A DNA stretch of 64,000 nucleotides from an uncultured Pseudomonadota bacterium (GCA_963749075.1 CAVVLJ010000016.1:512001-576000), one strand, 5' to 3'. Shown: positions 30,697 through 41,002, counted from the stretch's first letter. Program-made: numbers and translations. Notes: generated from the sequence alone by a model not told the origin.

Positions 30697-32177
30697 CCGA
30701 GCGCCACCATCGGCGAGGCGCCCACCGCGAGCTGCAGGCCGTGGATGAAGCCGAAGTACGAGAGCACGGCGCCGGCAAAGGCGTAGATCGTCGCCTTCTT
30801 GAACTGGCGGTCGATGATGAAGGCGGCAATGGCGCCGAGGATGAGGCCAGCGAGCACGGCACCGCCGCCGAGCAGCTGCATCCCGCGGTAGACGACGCCA
30901 GAGCCCATCAGTTTGTCGAGGCCGACCTTGTCCGCCGAGGTGCCGGCGGCATTGAGCGCGCCGTCGATCTGGATCTGCCCCCAGGCGGCGATGTTGGGGA
31001 TGATGGCGAGGACCACGGCCGGGGCGTGCTTGGACGGGCTCGCCTGGAAGGCCTGGGCACCGATCACGAGACCGATATAGAGAAGGATCGGCAGGATGGC
31101 GACGAGGGGCACCACGGCGAGGAGGAAGGCCGTGAGCCCGAGGAAGCAGACGAGTGCTATGACGACGCCCGTCGCGAGCGAATAGCCGATGCGGCCGCCG
31201 ACCGCCTTCCAGCCCGGATGGCCGATATAGACCGCCGGCGGGAAGGGGCTGCCGAGGATGGAGCCCACCACGGCGCCCACTCCGTCGGCAAGGAGGATGT
31301 GGCGCAGGTTGTAGCTGTCCCCGGCGGCAGAGGCACTCTCGACGTTGTTCATGCCCTCGGTGAAGTTATAGATGCCGAGCGGGATGGCGGTGACGAGGAG
31401 CGGCCCGATGTCGGAGAGCCCGGAGAACACATCGCCGCTCGGCCACGGCAGATAGAGGCCGAATTGCCCGAGTGCTGCGTGGACCTCGGCTGCCTTGACC
31501 ACGTCGCTCCAGCCGAAGGCCGAGACCACCCAGGCGATCACCGTGCCGACGATGACGGCGGCGAGCCCGCCCGGAATGCCGAAGGGCAGGCGCACGTTGG
31601 CGGTCCAGCTGATCAGCACGATGCCGAGCGAGACGAAGGAGATCCACGGCAGCTCCCACATCTGGAAGGCGGGCCGCATCGAGATGAAGGCGATCGAGAT
31701 GCCGGCGAGCGTTCCCAGCATCGCCGCGCGCGGCGTGAAGCGGCGCACGGCGGGTCCCACGAAGGCGCCGAGCAGCACGATGATGCCGATGATGAAGGCC
31801 CAGGCGAGGCCGGCGCGCCAGGCGAGGAGCGCATCGTGGGTCTTGAGGTAGACCGGCAGCATGATCACGAAGACGACGATGAACATGTGCGGCACGCTCG
31901 GCCCGTAGGGCATGGCCGCCACGTCGCTACGGCGCTCCGCCCGGGCGAGCCGGTAGGCGAGATAGGCGTAATAGAGATTGCCGATCGGCAGCGCTATGCC
32001 GAGGGCGGGCAGGATGCGCCCGAACACCACGTCCGCCGGCATCTTGACCACGCCGAGGGTCAACCCGGTCAGCACGATGACGTTGAGCACCACGTTGGTG
32101 AAGAGGCCGAAGAATGCATTCCAGTCGCCCGGTACCCACCAGCGCACCGGAGCGTGAGAGCCCTGTTCAGTGGTCAT
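30633..32177 (-). CDS. NCS2/AzgA-like permease
   Basis: GDWNAFFGL, AMPYGPSVPH, NVESASAAGD, VYIGHPGWKAVGGR; many TM segments. Confidence 0.85.
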   Translation of the reverse strand: MTTEQGSHAPVRWWVPGDWNAFFGLFTNVVLNVIVLTGLTLGVVKMPADVVFGRILPALGIALPIGNLYYAYLAYRLARAERRSDVAAMPYGPSVPHMFIVVFVIMLPVYLKTHDALLAWRAGLAWAFIIGIIVLLGAFVGPAVRRFTPRAAMLGTLAGISIAFISMRPAFQMWELPWISFVSLGIVLISWTANVRLPFGIPGGLAAVIVGTVIAWVVSAFGWSDVVKAAEVHAALGQFGLYLPWPSGDVFSGLSDIGPLLVTAIPLGIYNFTEGMNNVESASAAGDSYNLRHILLADGVGAVVGSILGSPFPPAVYIGHPGWKAVGGRIGYSLATGVVIALVCFLGLTAFLLAVVPLVAILPILLYIGLVIGAQAFQASPSKHAPAVVLAIIPNIAAWGQIQIDGALNAAGTSADKVGLDKLMGSGVVYRGMQLLGGGAVLAGLILGAIAAFIIDRQFKKATIYAFAGAVLSYFGFIHGLQLAVGASPMVALGYVLLGLICLVVGMREEAAAT

Positions 32178-32260
32178 TGTCGTCCCCCTGTCATGGAGTT
32201 GACGCTGGCTCGGGCGGCGCCCGGCCTATGCGCTTTTGCTTACGGGCTCCTCCACTACTT

Positions 32261-32959
32261 CTACTTCTTCTTTGTCGATTTCTTGGCCGGCTTGGCTTTT
32301 GCCAAGGCCGGCAGCAGATTCTCCGAGCGGCCGACCCAGCCGAAGATGCCGCCCTGCGCCTTGATCATCTTGAGGGCGTAGTCCTGGAACTCGGGAAAGT
32401 AGGAGGCGACGCAGTCCTCCAGCACGAGGGCGTCGTAGCCGCGGTCGTTCGCCTCGCGCACGGTCGTGTTGACGCAGACCTCGGTGGTGACACCGCAGAC
32501 GATGAGCTGCGTGATGCCGCGGCTCTTCAGCATGGCGTCGAGGTCGGTCGCGTAGAAGGCGCCCTTGCCCGGCTTGTCGACGACCGGCTCGTCGGCTAGA
32601 GGCTTGAGCTCGTCGATGATGTCGTGGCCGTACTCGCCGCGCACCAGGATGCGGCCCATGGGGCCCTTGTCGCCGATGCCGCTCTTGAGCTTGCCGCGCG
32701 CCTTCTTGGCGGGCGGCAGGTCGGAGAGGTCGGGGCGGTGGCCTTCGCGCGTATGGATGACGAGGAGGCCTGCCTTGCGCGCCGCATCCAGCACGCGCTT
32801 GGTGGGCGCGATCGCCTTCCTCAAGAGCGACACGTCGTTGCCCAGCGCCTCGCCGAAGCCGCCCGGATCGACGAAGTCGCGCTGCATGTCGATGATGACG
32901 AGCGCTGAGCTGGCCGGATCGAAGCTAAACGCGTAGGGCTCCGCGCGGACCTTTGTCAT
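32261..32959 (-). CDS. Isochorismatase-like cysteine hydrolase, triuret hydrolase (TrtA)-type signature
   Basis: Asp-Lys-Cys triad (IDMQ, DKPGK, TTEVC). [19 protein letters not shown] and QGGIF match the TrtA rather than BiuH residue pattern as I recall it. Confidence 0.75.
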   Translation of the reverse strand: MTKVRAEPYAFSFDPASSALVIIDMQRDFVDPGGFGEALGNDVSLLRKAIAPTKRVLDAARKAGLLVIHTREGHRPDLSDLPPAKKARGKLKSGIGDKGPMGRILVRGEYGHDIIDELKPLADEPVVDKPGKGAFYATDLDAMLKSRGITQLIVCGVTTEVCVNTTVREANDRGYDALVLEDCVASYFPEFQDYALKMIKAQGGIFGWVGRSENLLPALAKAKPAKKSTKKK

Positions 32960-33001
32960 GGTGATCTCCCGTCGCTGCGGGCATTGCCTCCCCCTTGGTC
33001 C

Positions 33002-34828
33002 TCATTGCTGCTGGCTTTGGGCCGCGAGAAAGCGGCGCCAGCTTACGAGCTCGGTGATGTCCTCTGCCTCCGCCGCGGCATAGGCCTCGCAGAGGAAGCC
33101 CTTGACCCGCTCGCCGTCCTCGAGCTCGAGCGTGCCGATGCCGAGCGGGCCGGCAATGCCGGCGACGAAGCTGCCGAAGGATGCCGCCGGCAGCTCCCAG
33201 ACCTCGACCTCGATGGCGCGGCCGGCGGCACTCCTCACCAGGCCGGGCCGCGCCGGCGGGCCGCCGGGCAGCGCATAGAGGCGGTAGTGCCGCGCCGTCG
33301 AGCAGCGGCGCACGAGCCGGCCGCCGCGCTCGACGAGCTGGTGGTTGAGCGGCAGGCCCGACATATGGGCGCCGCACACCGCGACGCGCACCAGGCCGTT
33401 GGGATGGCTGTGGCCCGGTGCTGCCGCGCGCGCCGGCGGCAAGGGAAGGCCGGTCGCACCCAGGGTAAGGCCCTCGGCGCGGTGGAGCTCGGCGCCCAAC
33501 GTCGCGAGCGCCTCGTCGCACCAGGCCGGTGCCACGAGTGTTGCGCCGAAGGGCAGCCCGCCTGCCTCGAAGCCGGCCGGGATGGCCAAGGCCGAGAGGT
33601 CGAGCAGGTTCACGAAGTTCGTGTAATAGCCGAGGTTGTTGTTGAGCCGCACCGGATCCGCCAGCATCTCGGCGATCCCGTAGCTGCGCCCCGCGGTCGG
33701 CGTCACGAGGAGATGGCAGCGCTCCCACAGCGGCTCCGCCAGGCGCCGCAGCTCCTTCAAGCGGTAATAGCCGAGGTAGGCGTCGGCGGCGAGCGGCTTG
33801 GCGCCGCCCGCGATGATCTGCCGCGTCACCGGGTGAAGCGCCTCAGGCCGCTTGTCGACGAAATCGCGGATGGCGGCATAGCGCTCCGCGACCCAGGGCC
33901 CGCCGTAGAGCAGGTGCGCCGCCTCGAGGAAAGGCGAGATGTCGACCTCGAGGAGGCGGCCGCCGAGGCGCTCGATGAGGCGAAGCAGCTCGGCGAAGCG
34001 CTCGGCGCCCGCGACATTGCCGAAGAACTCGAGCTGCTCCGGCCGCGGGACGCCGAAGCGGCAGCCGGCGATGCGGCCGGGGATGGCCGGACGCCGGGCG
34101 GGCTCGGGCTGCTTCGAGAAGGGATCGGCGGCATCGAAGCCCCTGGCAATCTCGAGCACGTCGTGCGCATCCTCGACCGTGAGCGCCAGGATCGAGACGC
34201 AGTCGAGCGAGCGGCAGGCCGGCACCACGCCGCGCGAGCTCAACAAGCCGCGGGTCGGCTTGAGGCCCACGACGTTGTTGAAGGCGGCCGGCACGCGGCC
34301 GGAGCCGGCCGTGTCGGTGCCGAGGGCGAAGCTCACCAAGCCGGCCGCCACGGCGACCGCCGAGCCCGAGCTCGAGCCGCCCGCGATGGTCTCTCGGTCG
34401 AAGGCGTTCGCCGGCGCGCCATAGGGCGAGCGCGTGCCGCTGAGCCCGGTCGCGAACTGGTCGAGGTTGCACTTGCCGATGGCGATGGCGCCCGCGGCCT
34501 CGAGCAGCACCACGGCACGGGCGCTCTCCCGCGGGCGATAGGCGAAGTCGGGGCAGGCGGCCGTGGTGGGATGACCCGCAAGGTCGATGTTGTCCTTGAT
34601 CGCGAAGGGAATGCCGTAGAGGGGGCGGCCCACGGCTCCGTCCTTGGCCAGCGCCTCCGCGCGCGCCACCAGCTCGCCGCGCGGCAAGAGGTGGATCCAC
34701 ACCTTGTCGTCGCCGCGCGCGGCGATGCGCTGCAGCACGCCGTCCACCACCTCGACCGGTGTCAGGGCAGCCGCACGCAAGCGCGTGCCAAGCGTCGCCA
34801 GATCGAGACTGTCGCTCGCCTCCAGCAC
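33002..34828 (-). CDS. atzF: Allophanate hydrolase
   Basis: AIKDNID, GGSSSGS, GTDTAGSGRVPA amidase signature; C-terminal VAVCGAHMSGLPLN domain. Confidence 0.92.
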   Translation of the reverse strand: MLEASDSLDLATLGTRLRAAALTPVEVVDGVLQRIAARGDDKVWIHLLPRGELVARAEALAKDGAVGRPLYGIPFAIKDNIDLAGHPTTAACPDFAYRPRESARAVVLLEAAGAIAIGKCNLDQFATGLSGTRSPYGAPANAFDRETIAGGSSSGSAVAVAAGLVSFALGTDTAGSGRVPAAFNNVVGLKPTRGLLSSRGVVPACRSLDCVSILALTVEDAHDVLEIARGFDAADPFSKQPEPARRPAIPGRIAGCRFGVPRPEQLEFFGNVAGAERFAELLRLIERLGGRLLEVDISPFLEAAHLLYGGPWVAERYAAIRDFVDKRPEALHPVTRQIIAGGAKPLAADAYLGYYRLKELRRLAEPLWERCHLLVTPTAGRSYGIAEMLADPVRLNNNLGYYTNFVNLLDLSALAIPAGFEAGGLPFGATLVAPAWCDEALATLGAELHRAEGLTLGATGLPLPPARAAAPGHSHPNGLVRVAVCGAHMSGLPLNHQLVERGGRLVRRCSTARHYRLYALPGGPPARPGLVRSAAGRAIEVEVWELPAASFGSFVAGIAGPLGIGTLELEDGERVKGFLCEAYAAAEAEDITELVSWRRFLAAQSQQQ

Positions 34829-35037
34829 CGAAGCCCCCGGTCCCCTGGTCAGGCGGGCCCGCATCCGACGGGGTGGGGAGGCGCCACCGAAGGAGCGCAG
34901 GACAAAGCCCGTGCGAATTCGTTAGAATTACGATAACCGATCCGGATTGCCCCGGACAAGCCGCCTCTCTGGTCTCGGCGGACAAAGGAGAAAGCGCTCG
35001 GCGATCGCAGTCGCGACGAACGAGGAGGGCCGGGCGA

Positions 35038-36622
35038 ATGGCGAGCGTCACCAAGATCATCGCGAATTTCTACCGCGACTCCGTGTCGCTCATGCAGCTC
35101 TCGGCGCGCGTAGCCAAGTTGCCGGGCGTGCGCGAGGCCTCGGCCATCATGGCGTCCGAGAGCAATCTGGCGCTCCTCCGCGGGGCCGGCCTGCTCGAAG
35201 GCGAGGTGAGCGCCGGGCCGAACGACCTCTTGATCGCCCTCCTCGGCGAGAGCGGCGAGGCGCTCGAGGCGGCCGCCGCCGAGGCGGAGACGCTGCTGAC
35301 CGAGAGTGCCGCACCTGCGCGGGGCTCAGGCGTGGCGGCGGAGCCCTTGCGCAGCCTCGAGATGGCGCTCCAGGCCGAGCCCTCGGCCAATCTGGCGCTC
35401 ATCTCGACCCCCGGCGAATACGCCGCCGCCGAGGCGGAGAAGGCGCTCAACCTCGGCCTCAACGTCATGCTCTTCAGCGACAACGTGGCGCTCGCCGACG
35501 AGGTCATGCTGAAGGAGAAAGCGGCCGCCGCCGGTCTTCTCGTCATGGGCCCCGATTGCGGCACGGCACTCATCGGCGGCATCCCGCTCGGCTTCGCCAA
35601 CGTGGTGCGGAGGGGCGAGATCGGCGTGGTCGCCGCCTCTGGCACCGGCCTCCAGCAGGTGAGCTGCCTCGTCGACCGCCTGGGCAAGGGCATCTCCCAC
35701 GCCATCGGCACGGGCGGGCACGATCTCCGCGCCGAGGTCGGCGGCATCACCATGAGCCGCGGCATCGAGGCGCTCGCCGCCGATCCGGCGACCAAGGTGA
35801 TCGTGCTCATCTCGAAGCCGCCCGCAGCCGCGGTCGCCGGGCGCGTGCTCGAGATCGCGCGCAGCACCGGCAAACCCGTCGTCGTCAATTTCCTCGGCGC
35901 CGACCCGGCTGCGACCGGCGGCGGCGGCCTCTTCGCCGCCGAGACGCTCGAGGACGCCGCGCGCGCCGCGGTCGCCCTTGCCGACGGACGCACGCCCGAC
36001 GGCACGGCCGCCGCATCGCCCGCGAGCGTGGCCCGCCCCGCTTTCGCAAGCACCCAGCGCTATATCCGCGGCCTCTATAGCGGCGGCACCTTCTGCTACG
36101 AGGCGTCGCTCCTGCTCTCCGAGGAGCTGGCGCCGGTCTTCACCAACACCCCGGTCGGCTCGGCGCGGGCACTCGAGGACGTTCTGGACGAGCCGCGCCC
36201 ACACGGTCATCGATCTGGGCGACGACCTCTTCACGCGCGGCCGGCCGCACCCCATGATCGACCACCGGCTGCGCAACGAGCGCATCCTCAAGGAGGCGGC
36301 CGATCCCGAGACGGCCGTCATCCTCCTCGACGTGGTGCTCGGCTACGGCTCCCATGCCGATCCGGCGGGCGAGATGGCACCGGTGGTGCGCGAGGCGCTG
36401 AGAGAGGCGGGGCGGGCCGGGCGGGAGCTCGCCGTGGTTGGCTTCGTCTGCGGCACCGCGGGCGACCCGCAAGGCCTCGCGCGCCAGGAGGAGGCGCTGA
36501 GAAGCGCAGGCATGCGCCTTTTCGAGAGCAACGCCCAGGCGGTGCGGCAGGCGGCCCGGATGGTGGGCGGGGAGCAGCCGCTCTCAGCACCGGCGCTCGC
36601 CAGCGCGAGGCCGCTGCCGTGA
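35038..36622 (+). CDS. fdrA: FdrA (AllF-like) acyl-CoA synthetase-fold protein, +1 frameshift at about 36182
   Basis: YRDSVSLM, MLFSDNV, MGPDCGT, ASGTGLQ, GLYSGGT; DLGDD.FTRGRPHPMID lies in the shifted frame. Joined by removing one T in GACGTTC (36178-36184). Confidence 0.88.
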
Positions 36623-38043
36623 GCCTTCTCGCCGGCAAGCTCCGCGTCGTCAACTTGGGCCTCGCCTCCTTTGCCGACGCCATAGCGGCGGCGGGCGGCG
36701 AGGTGGTGCAGCTCGCTTGGGTGCCGCCCGCAGGCGGCGACAGCGCGATAGGCCGGCAGCTCGCCCGCCTGGTCAACCACCCCCTGGTCGAGGCCGCCAA
36801 CCGCAAGGCGTATGCCGCCTATCTCGCAGCCCAGCCGGTGCTCGAGGGCATCGCCCCGGCGCGCGCGCTCGTCCCCGGCATGGGCCGGCGCATGATCCTC
36901 CACGCCGGCCCGCCGATCGCCTGGCAGCGCATGTGCGGTCCGATGCGGGGCGCCGTCATCGGCGCCATCCTCTTCGAGGGTTGGGCCGAGGATGCGGCGG
37001 CGGCCGAGCGGCTTGCCGCGAGCGGGAAAATCGCCTTCGCACCCTGCCATCACCATGGCGCCGTCGGCCCCATGGCCGGGATCATCAGCCCCTCCATGCC
37101 GGTCTGGGCCGTGCGCGAGCGCACGACCGGCCGCCTCGCCTTCAGCAATCTCAACGAGGGTCTCGGCAAGGCGCTGCGCTTCGGCGCCAACGGGCCGGAG
37201 GTCATCCAGCGCTTGAGATGGATGGCGAAGAGCCTCGCGCGCTCGCTCGCGGCCGGGCTTGCCGAGCTCGGGCCGCTCGAGCTCAAGCCGCTCATGGCCC
37301 AGGCGCTCCACATGGGCGACGAGGTGCACAACCGCAATTCGGCCGCCACGGCGCTCTTCTTGAAGCGCCTGGTCCCCGCCCTCCTCGGCGCGCGCACCGG
37401 CCGCAGCACAGTCGAGGAGGCCGTCGCCTTCATCGCCGGCAACGACCACTTCTTCCTCAACCTCTCCATGGCGGCCTGCAAGGCGATGCTGGATGCGGCG
37501 TGCTGTGTTCCGGCGAGCAGCATGGTGACGGCCATGGCGCGGAACGGCGTCGAGTTCGGCATCCAGCTGAGCGGGCTCGGCGGGCGCTGGCTCACCGCAC
37601 CCGCACCGCTCGTCGACGGCCTCTTCTTCCCCGGCTATACGATCGCCGACGCGGCCCCGGACTTGGGCGACAGCGCGATTGCCGAGACGGCCGGGTTAGG
37701 CGGCTTCGCCATGGCGGCGGCACCGGCGATCGTCCGCTTCGTCGGCGGCCGCTCCGCGGACGCCATCGCCAACACCCTCGCCATGGGCCACATCACGCTC
37801 GGGCGCAACGAGGCCCTGACGCTCCCCGCCCTCGACTTCGCGGGCACGCCCGCCGGCATCGACGCGCGCAAGGTGGTCGATACGGGCCTCCTCCCCATCA
37901 TCAATACCGGCATCGCTCACCGCGAGGCGGGGATCGGCCAGATCGGCGCCGGCATCACGCGTGCGCCGCTCGCCTGCTTTACGCAAGCCGTGGCGGCGCT
38001 TGCCGGGCAGCTCGATGAGGGGAGGGCGGGCGATGCCGGCTGA
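36619..38043 (+). CDS. DUF1116 (YlbE/AllG-like) protein
   Basis: GTGA overlap with fdrA; ILHAGPP, MGDEVHNRN, PDLGDSAIAE, INTGIAH. Confidence 0.88.
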   Translation: MSLLAGKLRVVNLGLASFADAIAAAGGEVVQLAWVPPAGGDSAIGRQLARLVNHPLVEAANRKAYAAYLAAQPVLEGIAPARALVPGMGRRMILHAGPPIAWQRMCGPMRGAVIGAILFEGWAEDAAAAERLAASGKIAFAPCHHHGAVGPMAGIISPSMPVWAVRERTTGRLAFSNLNEGLGKALRFGANGPEVIQRLRWMAKSLARSLAAGLAELGPLELKPLMAQALHMGDEVHNRNSAATALFLKRLVPALLGARTGRSTVEEAVAFIAGNDHFFLNLSMAACKAMLDAACCVPASSMVTAMARNGVEFGIQLSGLGGRWLTAPAPLVDGLFFPGYTIADAAPDLGDSAIAETAGLGGFAMAAAPAIVRFVGGRSADAIANTLAMGHITLGRNEALTLPALDFAGTPAGIDARKVVDTGLLPIINTGIAHREAGIGQIGAGITRAPLACFTQAVAALAGQLDEGRAGDAG

Positions 38044-38986
38044 GGTACCGCTCGCGGTCGTGGCGATCGGCGGCAACTCGCTCATCCGCGACAGGGAGCA
38101 CCTCTCGATCCCCGACCAGTACGACGAGGTGACGGTCACGGCGCGCAGCATCGCCGAGATGATCGCCCAGGGCTGGAACGTCGTCGTGACCCACGGCAAC
38201 GGGCCGCAGATGGGCTTCATCCTGCGCCGCTCCGAGCTCTCGATCCGCGAGGTGGCACCCGTGCCGATGGATTATGCGGGCGCCGACATCCAGGGCGCCG
38301 TCGGCTATATGTTCGTCAAGGCGCTACGCAACGAGTTCCGCCGCCGCGGCATCGCGCGCGAGCCGGTCGCGGTGGTGACCGAGACGCTGGTCGATCTCGC
38401 GGACCCCGCCTTCGCGGAGCCGAGCAAGCCGATAGGCTCGCACATGGCGGAGGCCGAGGCCAAGACGCTCGCGGCGGCACAGGGCTGGGTCGTCAAGGAG
38501 GACGCGGGCCGCGGCTGGCGCCGCGTCGTGGCCTCGCCCGCACCCAAGCGCATCGTCGATCTCGAGGTCATCGCCCATCTTGCCGGCAGCGGCTATGTGG
38601 TGATCGCCTGCGGCGGCGGCGGCGTCCCCGTGGCCGAGGACGCGTCAGGCGATCTCGGCGGCGTCGAGGCGGTGATCGACAAGGACCTCGCCTCGAGCCT
38701 GCTCGCGCGCGCGCTCGGCGCCGAGCTCCTCCTCGTCTCGACCGCGGTCGACAAGGTGGCGCTCGACTTCGGCAAGCCGGGCATGCGCTGGCTCGACCGC
38801 CTCACGCTCAGCGAGGCGAAGCGCTACTACGCCGAGGAGCAGTTCGACCGCGGCAGCATGGGGCCCAAGATCCAGGCCATCGTCGCCTTCCTCGAGGGCG
38901 GCGGGCGGCGGGGCATCATCACCAGCCCGCACAACATCGCAAAAGCGCTCGCCGGCTCGACCGGCACCCACGTGGTGCCGGGGTGA
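38033..38986 (+). CDS. arcC: Carbamate kinase
   Basis: AIGGNSL, THGNGPQ, GWRRVVASP, GGGGVPV, VEAVIDKD, GSMGPK. Confidence 0.93.
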   Translation: MPAEVPLAVVAIGGNSLIRDREHLSIPDQYDEVTVTARSIAEMIAQGWNVVVTHGNGPQMGFILRRSELSIREVAPVPMDYAGADIQGAVGYMFVKALRNEFRRRGIAREPVAVVTETLVDLADPAFAEPSKPIGSHMAEAEAKTLAAAQGWVVKEDAGRGWRRVVASPAPKRIVDLEVIAHLAGSGYVVIACGGGGVPVAEDASGDLGGVEAVIDKDLASSLLARALGAELLLVSTAVDKVALDFGKPGMRWLDRLTLSEAKRYYAEEQFDRGSMGPKIQAIVAFLEGGGRRGIITSPHNIAKALAGSTGTHVVPG

Positions 38987-39015
38987 GAGGCAAGGGCATC
39001 GCCAATGGCCGCCTC

Positions 39016-39176
39016 GCCCTTCGAGACGCGCGCCTCTCTTGCGTGATGCAAAAGGGCGGGCCTTCGGCCCGCGGCGCGCTCCTCAGGGCACTTCGTCCGG
39101 GGGGCGGCCCCCACGGTTGGCGGATTTCCTCGTCCTGAGGAGGGCTGCAGGCCCGTCTCGAAGGATGAGGAAATCC
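39016..39176. repeat. Pair of RIME/REP-like intergenic palindromes in inverted orientation
   Basis: CCTTCGAGACG...CTCCTCAGG (39016-39089) and CCTGAGGAG...CGTCTCGAAGG (39122-39176); same family as 56273-56380. Confidence 0.75.
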
Positions 39177-39221
39177 TATCGGCGCCAAATGCGATTGCCT
39201 TAGGGGTGAAGGGAGGCTGCC

Positions 39222-40070
39222 ATGGGAAAGCTGGCGCTCGCCGCCAAGGTCACGCACGTGCCGTCGCTCTATCTCTCGGAGCTGCCGGGCAAGCACCACG
39301 GCTGCCGCGAGGCGGCGATCGCCGGCCACCGCGAGATCGGCCGGCGCTGCCGCGCTGCCGGCGTCGATACCATCGTGGTGCTCGACGTGCATTGGCTGGT
39401 CAACGCCGGCTACCACGTCAATTGCGCGCCGCATTTCAAGGGCGTCTATACCAGCAACGAGCTGCCCCACTTCATCAAGGACATGGCCTACGAGTATGCG
39501 GGCAATGCGGCCCTCGGCCGGCTCATCGCCGCGACCGCGACGGCGGAGGGCGTCTTCACCCGCGCCCACGAGGTGGCGAGCCTCGATCTCGAATACGGCA
39601 CCCTCGTGCCCATGCGCTACATGAACGCTGACCGGCATTTCAAGGTGGTCTCGATCGCTGCCTGGTGCGCCTGGCACAAGCTCGACGAGAGCCGCCGCTT
39701 CGGCGCCGCCCTGCGCCGCGCGATCGAAGCGAGCGAGGCGAGCGTGGCCGTGCTGGCGAGCGGCTCGCTCTCCCACCGCTTCAACGACAACGGCAGCCCC
39801 GAGGCGGCGATGGACGAGATCAGCCGCGAGTTCTACCGCCAGGTGGATCTGCGCGTCGTCGAGCTGTGGCGGCGCGGCGACTTCAGGACCTTCGTCGCCA
39901 TGCTGCCGGAATACGCCGAGCTCTGCCGCGGCGAGGGCGACATGCACGACACCGCGATGCTGCTCGGCATGCTCGGCTGGGACGCCTACGACAAGCCGGT
40001 CGAGATCATAACCGACTATTTCGCGAGCTCGGGCACGGGCCAGATCAACGCCGTCTTTCCGCTCGGGTGA
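39222..40070 (+). CDS. hpaD: 3,4-dihydroxyphenylacetate (homoprotocatechuate) 2,3-dioxygenase
   Basis: MGKLALAAKVTHVPSLYLSELPG...HWLVN...ASGSLSHRF...SSGTGQINAVFP, close to the enterobacterial HpaD sequence as recalled. Confidence 0.92.
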   Translation: MGKLALAAKVTHVPSLYLSELPGKHHGCREAAIAGHREIGRRCRAAGVDTIVVLDVHWLVNAGYHVNCAPHFKGVYTSNELPHFIKDMAYEYAGNAALGRLIAATATAEGVFTRAHEVASLDLEYGTLVPMRYMNADRHFKVVSIAAWCAWHKLDESRRFGAALRRAIEASEASVAVLASGSLSHRFNDNGSPEAAMDEISREFYRQVDLRVVELWRRGDFRTFVAMLPEYAELCRGEGDMHDTAMLLGMLGWDAYDKPVEIITDYFASSGTGQINAVFPLG

Positions 40071-40289
40071 GCCGTGTCAGCTTGGCGTAAGCCGATTCGG
40101 CCGTCGCTGACGCAGGATATTGCGGCCCCACGGCGTAGAGAGCGCCACGGGCTGGTGGACCGCGCCAAGCCGCGCGGGACTTGGCATTGCCAACGGGAGC
40201 TTGCGAGGATTACGCTTAAGTCCCGAGTTCAGGCTCTCCGATGGAGGCCACGGCAACTTACGTTCCTGGCGACCGGCCGGTGAGGGACA

Positions 40290-40974
40290 ATGGGCTTCGC
40301 CTACGATCTGACTGGGAAAATCGTCCGGCAGATTCTACGACAGCCGCATCGCCGGCCCCCCCATCCTCGATTCCGAGGTCTATTTCCCGTCCGCCGGCAA
40401 GTTCGCCGGGGCCTGGCGCGAGATCCGCGGCGAAGCCGAGGGTCTCGCCGCGCGGCTCCAGCGCGTGCCGCGCTTCCATGACGTCATGCGCGAGCAGGAG
40501 GCGATCTCGGCCAACGACGGCCGCGACTGGCGGCTCTTCATCATGAAGGCCTATGGCGTCGAGTTCGCCGAGAACATGGCGGCCTGCCCGCGGCTTGCCG
40601 CCCTCGTGGCCGAGACCCCCGGCATCCTCTCCGTCTCGATCTCCTTCATGGCGCCGGGCAAGCACATTCCGGCCCATCGCGGACCCTTCCGCGGCATCGT
40701 GCGCTTCTACCTCGGCCTCACCGTGCCCCGCCGCGCGGACGGCAGCCCGGCCGCGGTGCTGAAGGTCGGCGGCAAGGAGTACCGCGTCGGCGAGGGCGAG
40801 TGGCTCCTCTGGGACGACACCTATACGCACGAAGTGCTGAACGAGAGCAATGCGGTGCGCAGCGTGCTCCTGCTCGATATCTGGCGCAAGGGCATGCCGC
40901 TCGACATGGAGGTCTTCTCGCGCCTGCTCATCGGCACGGCCGGCATCGGCGTGCGCTGGCGCGGCGTGGGGTAG
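40290..40974 (+). CDS. Aspartyl/asparaginyl beta-hydroxylase domain protein, +1 frameshift at about 40333
   Basis: HIPAHRGP, WDDTYTHEV.N, RSVLLLD. N-terminus joined by removing one T in AGATTCT (40330-40336). Confidence 0.85.
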
Positions 40975-41002
40975 CCAAGGCGCGGGGAGCGTGCCCGCGC
41001 GA

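Noticed and set aside
34829-35037. Guanidine riboswitch or sigma54 promoter between atzF and fdrA
   Set aside because: Could not find paired ACG-loop hairpins, a ykkC consensus or a TGGCAC-N5-TTGC element by eye; a covariance-model search would be needed.
34759-38043. 1094-aa FdrA-DUF1116 fusion in the ORF track
   Set aside because: The middle ~145 aa are out-of-frame junk. The real FdrA C-terminus is in another frame and ends in a GTGA overlap, so the fusion is an artefact of the +1 insertion at about 36182.
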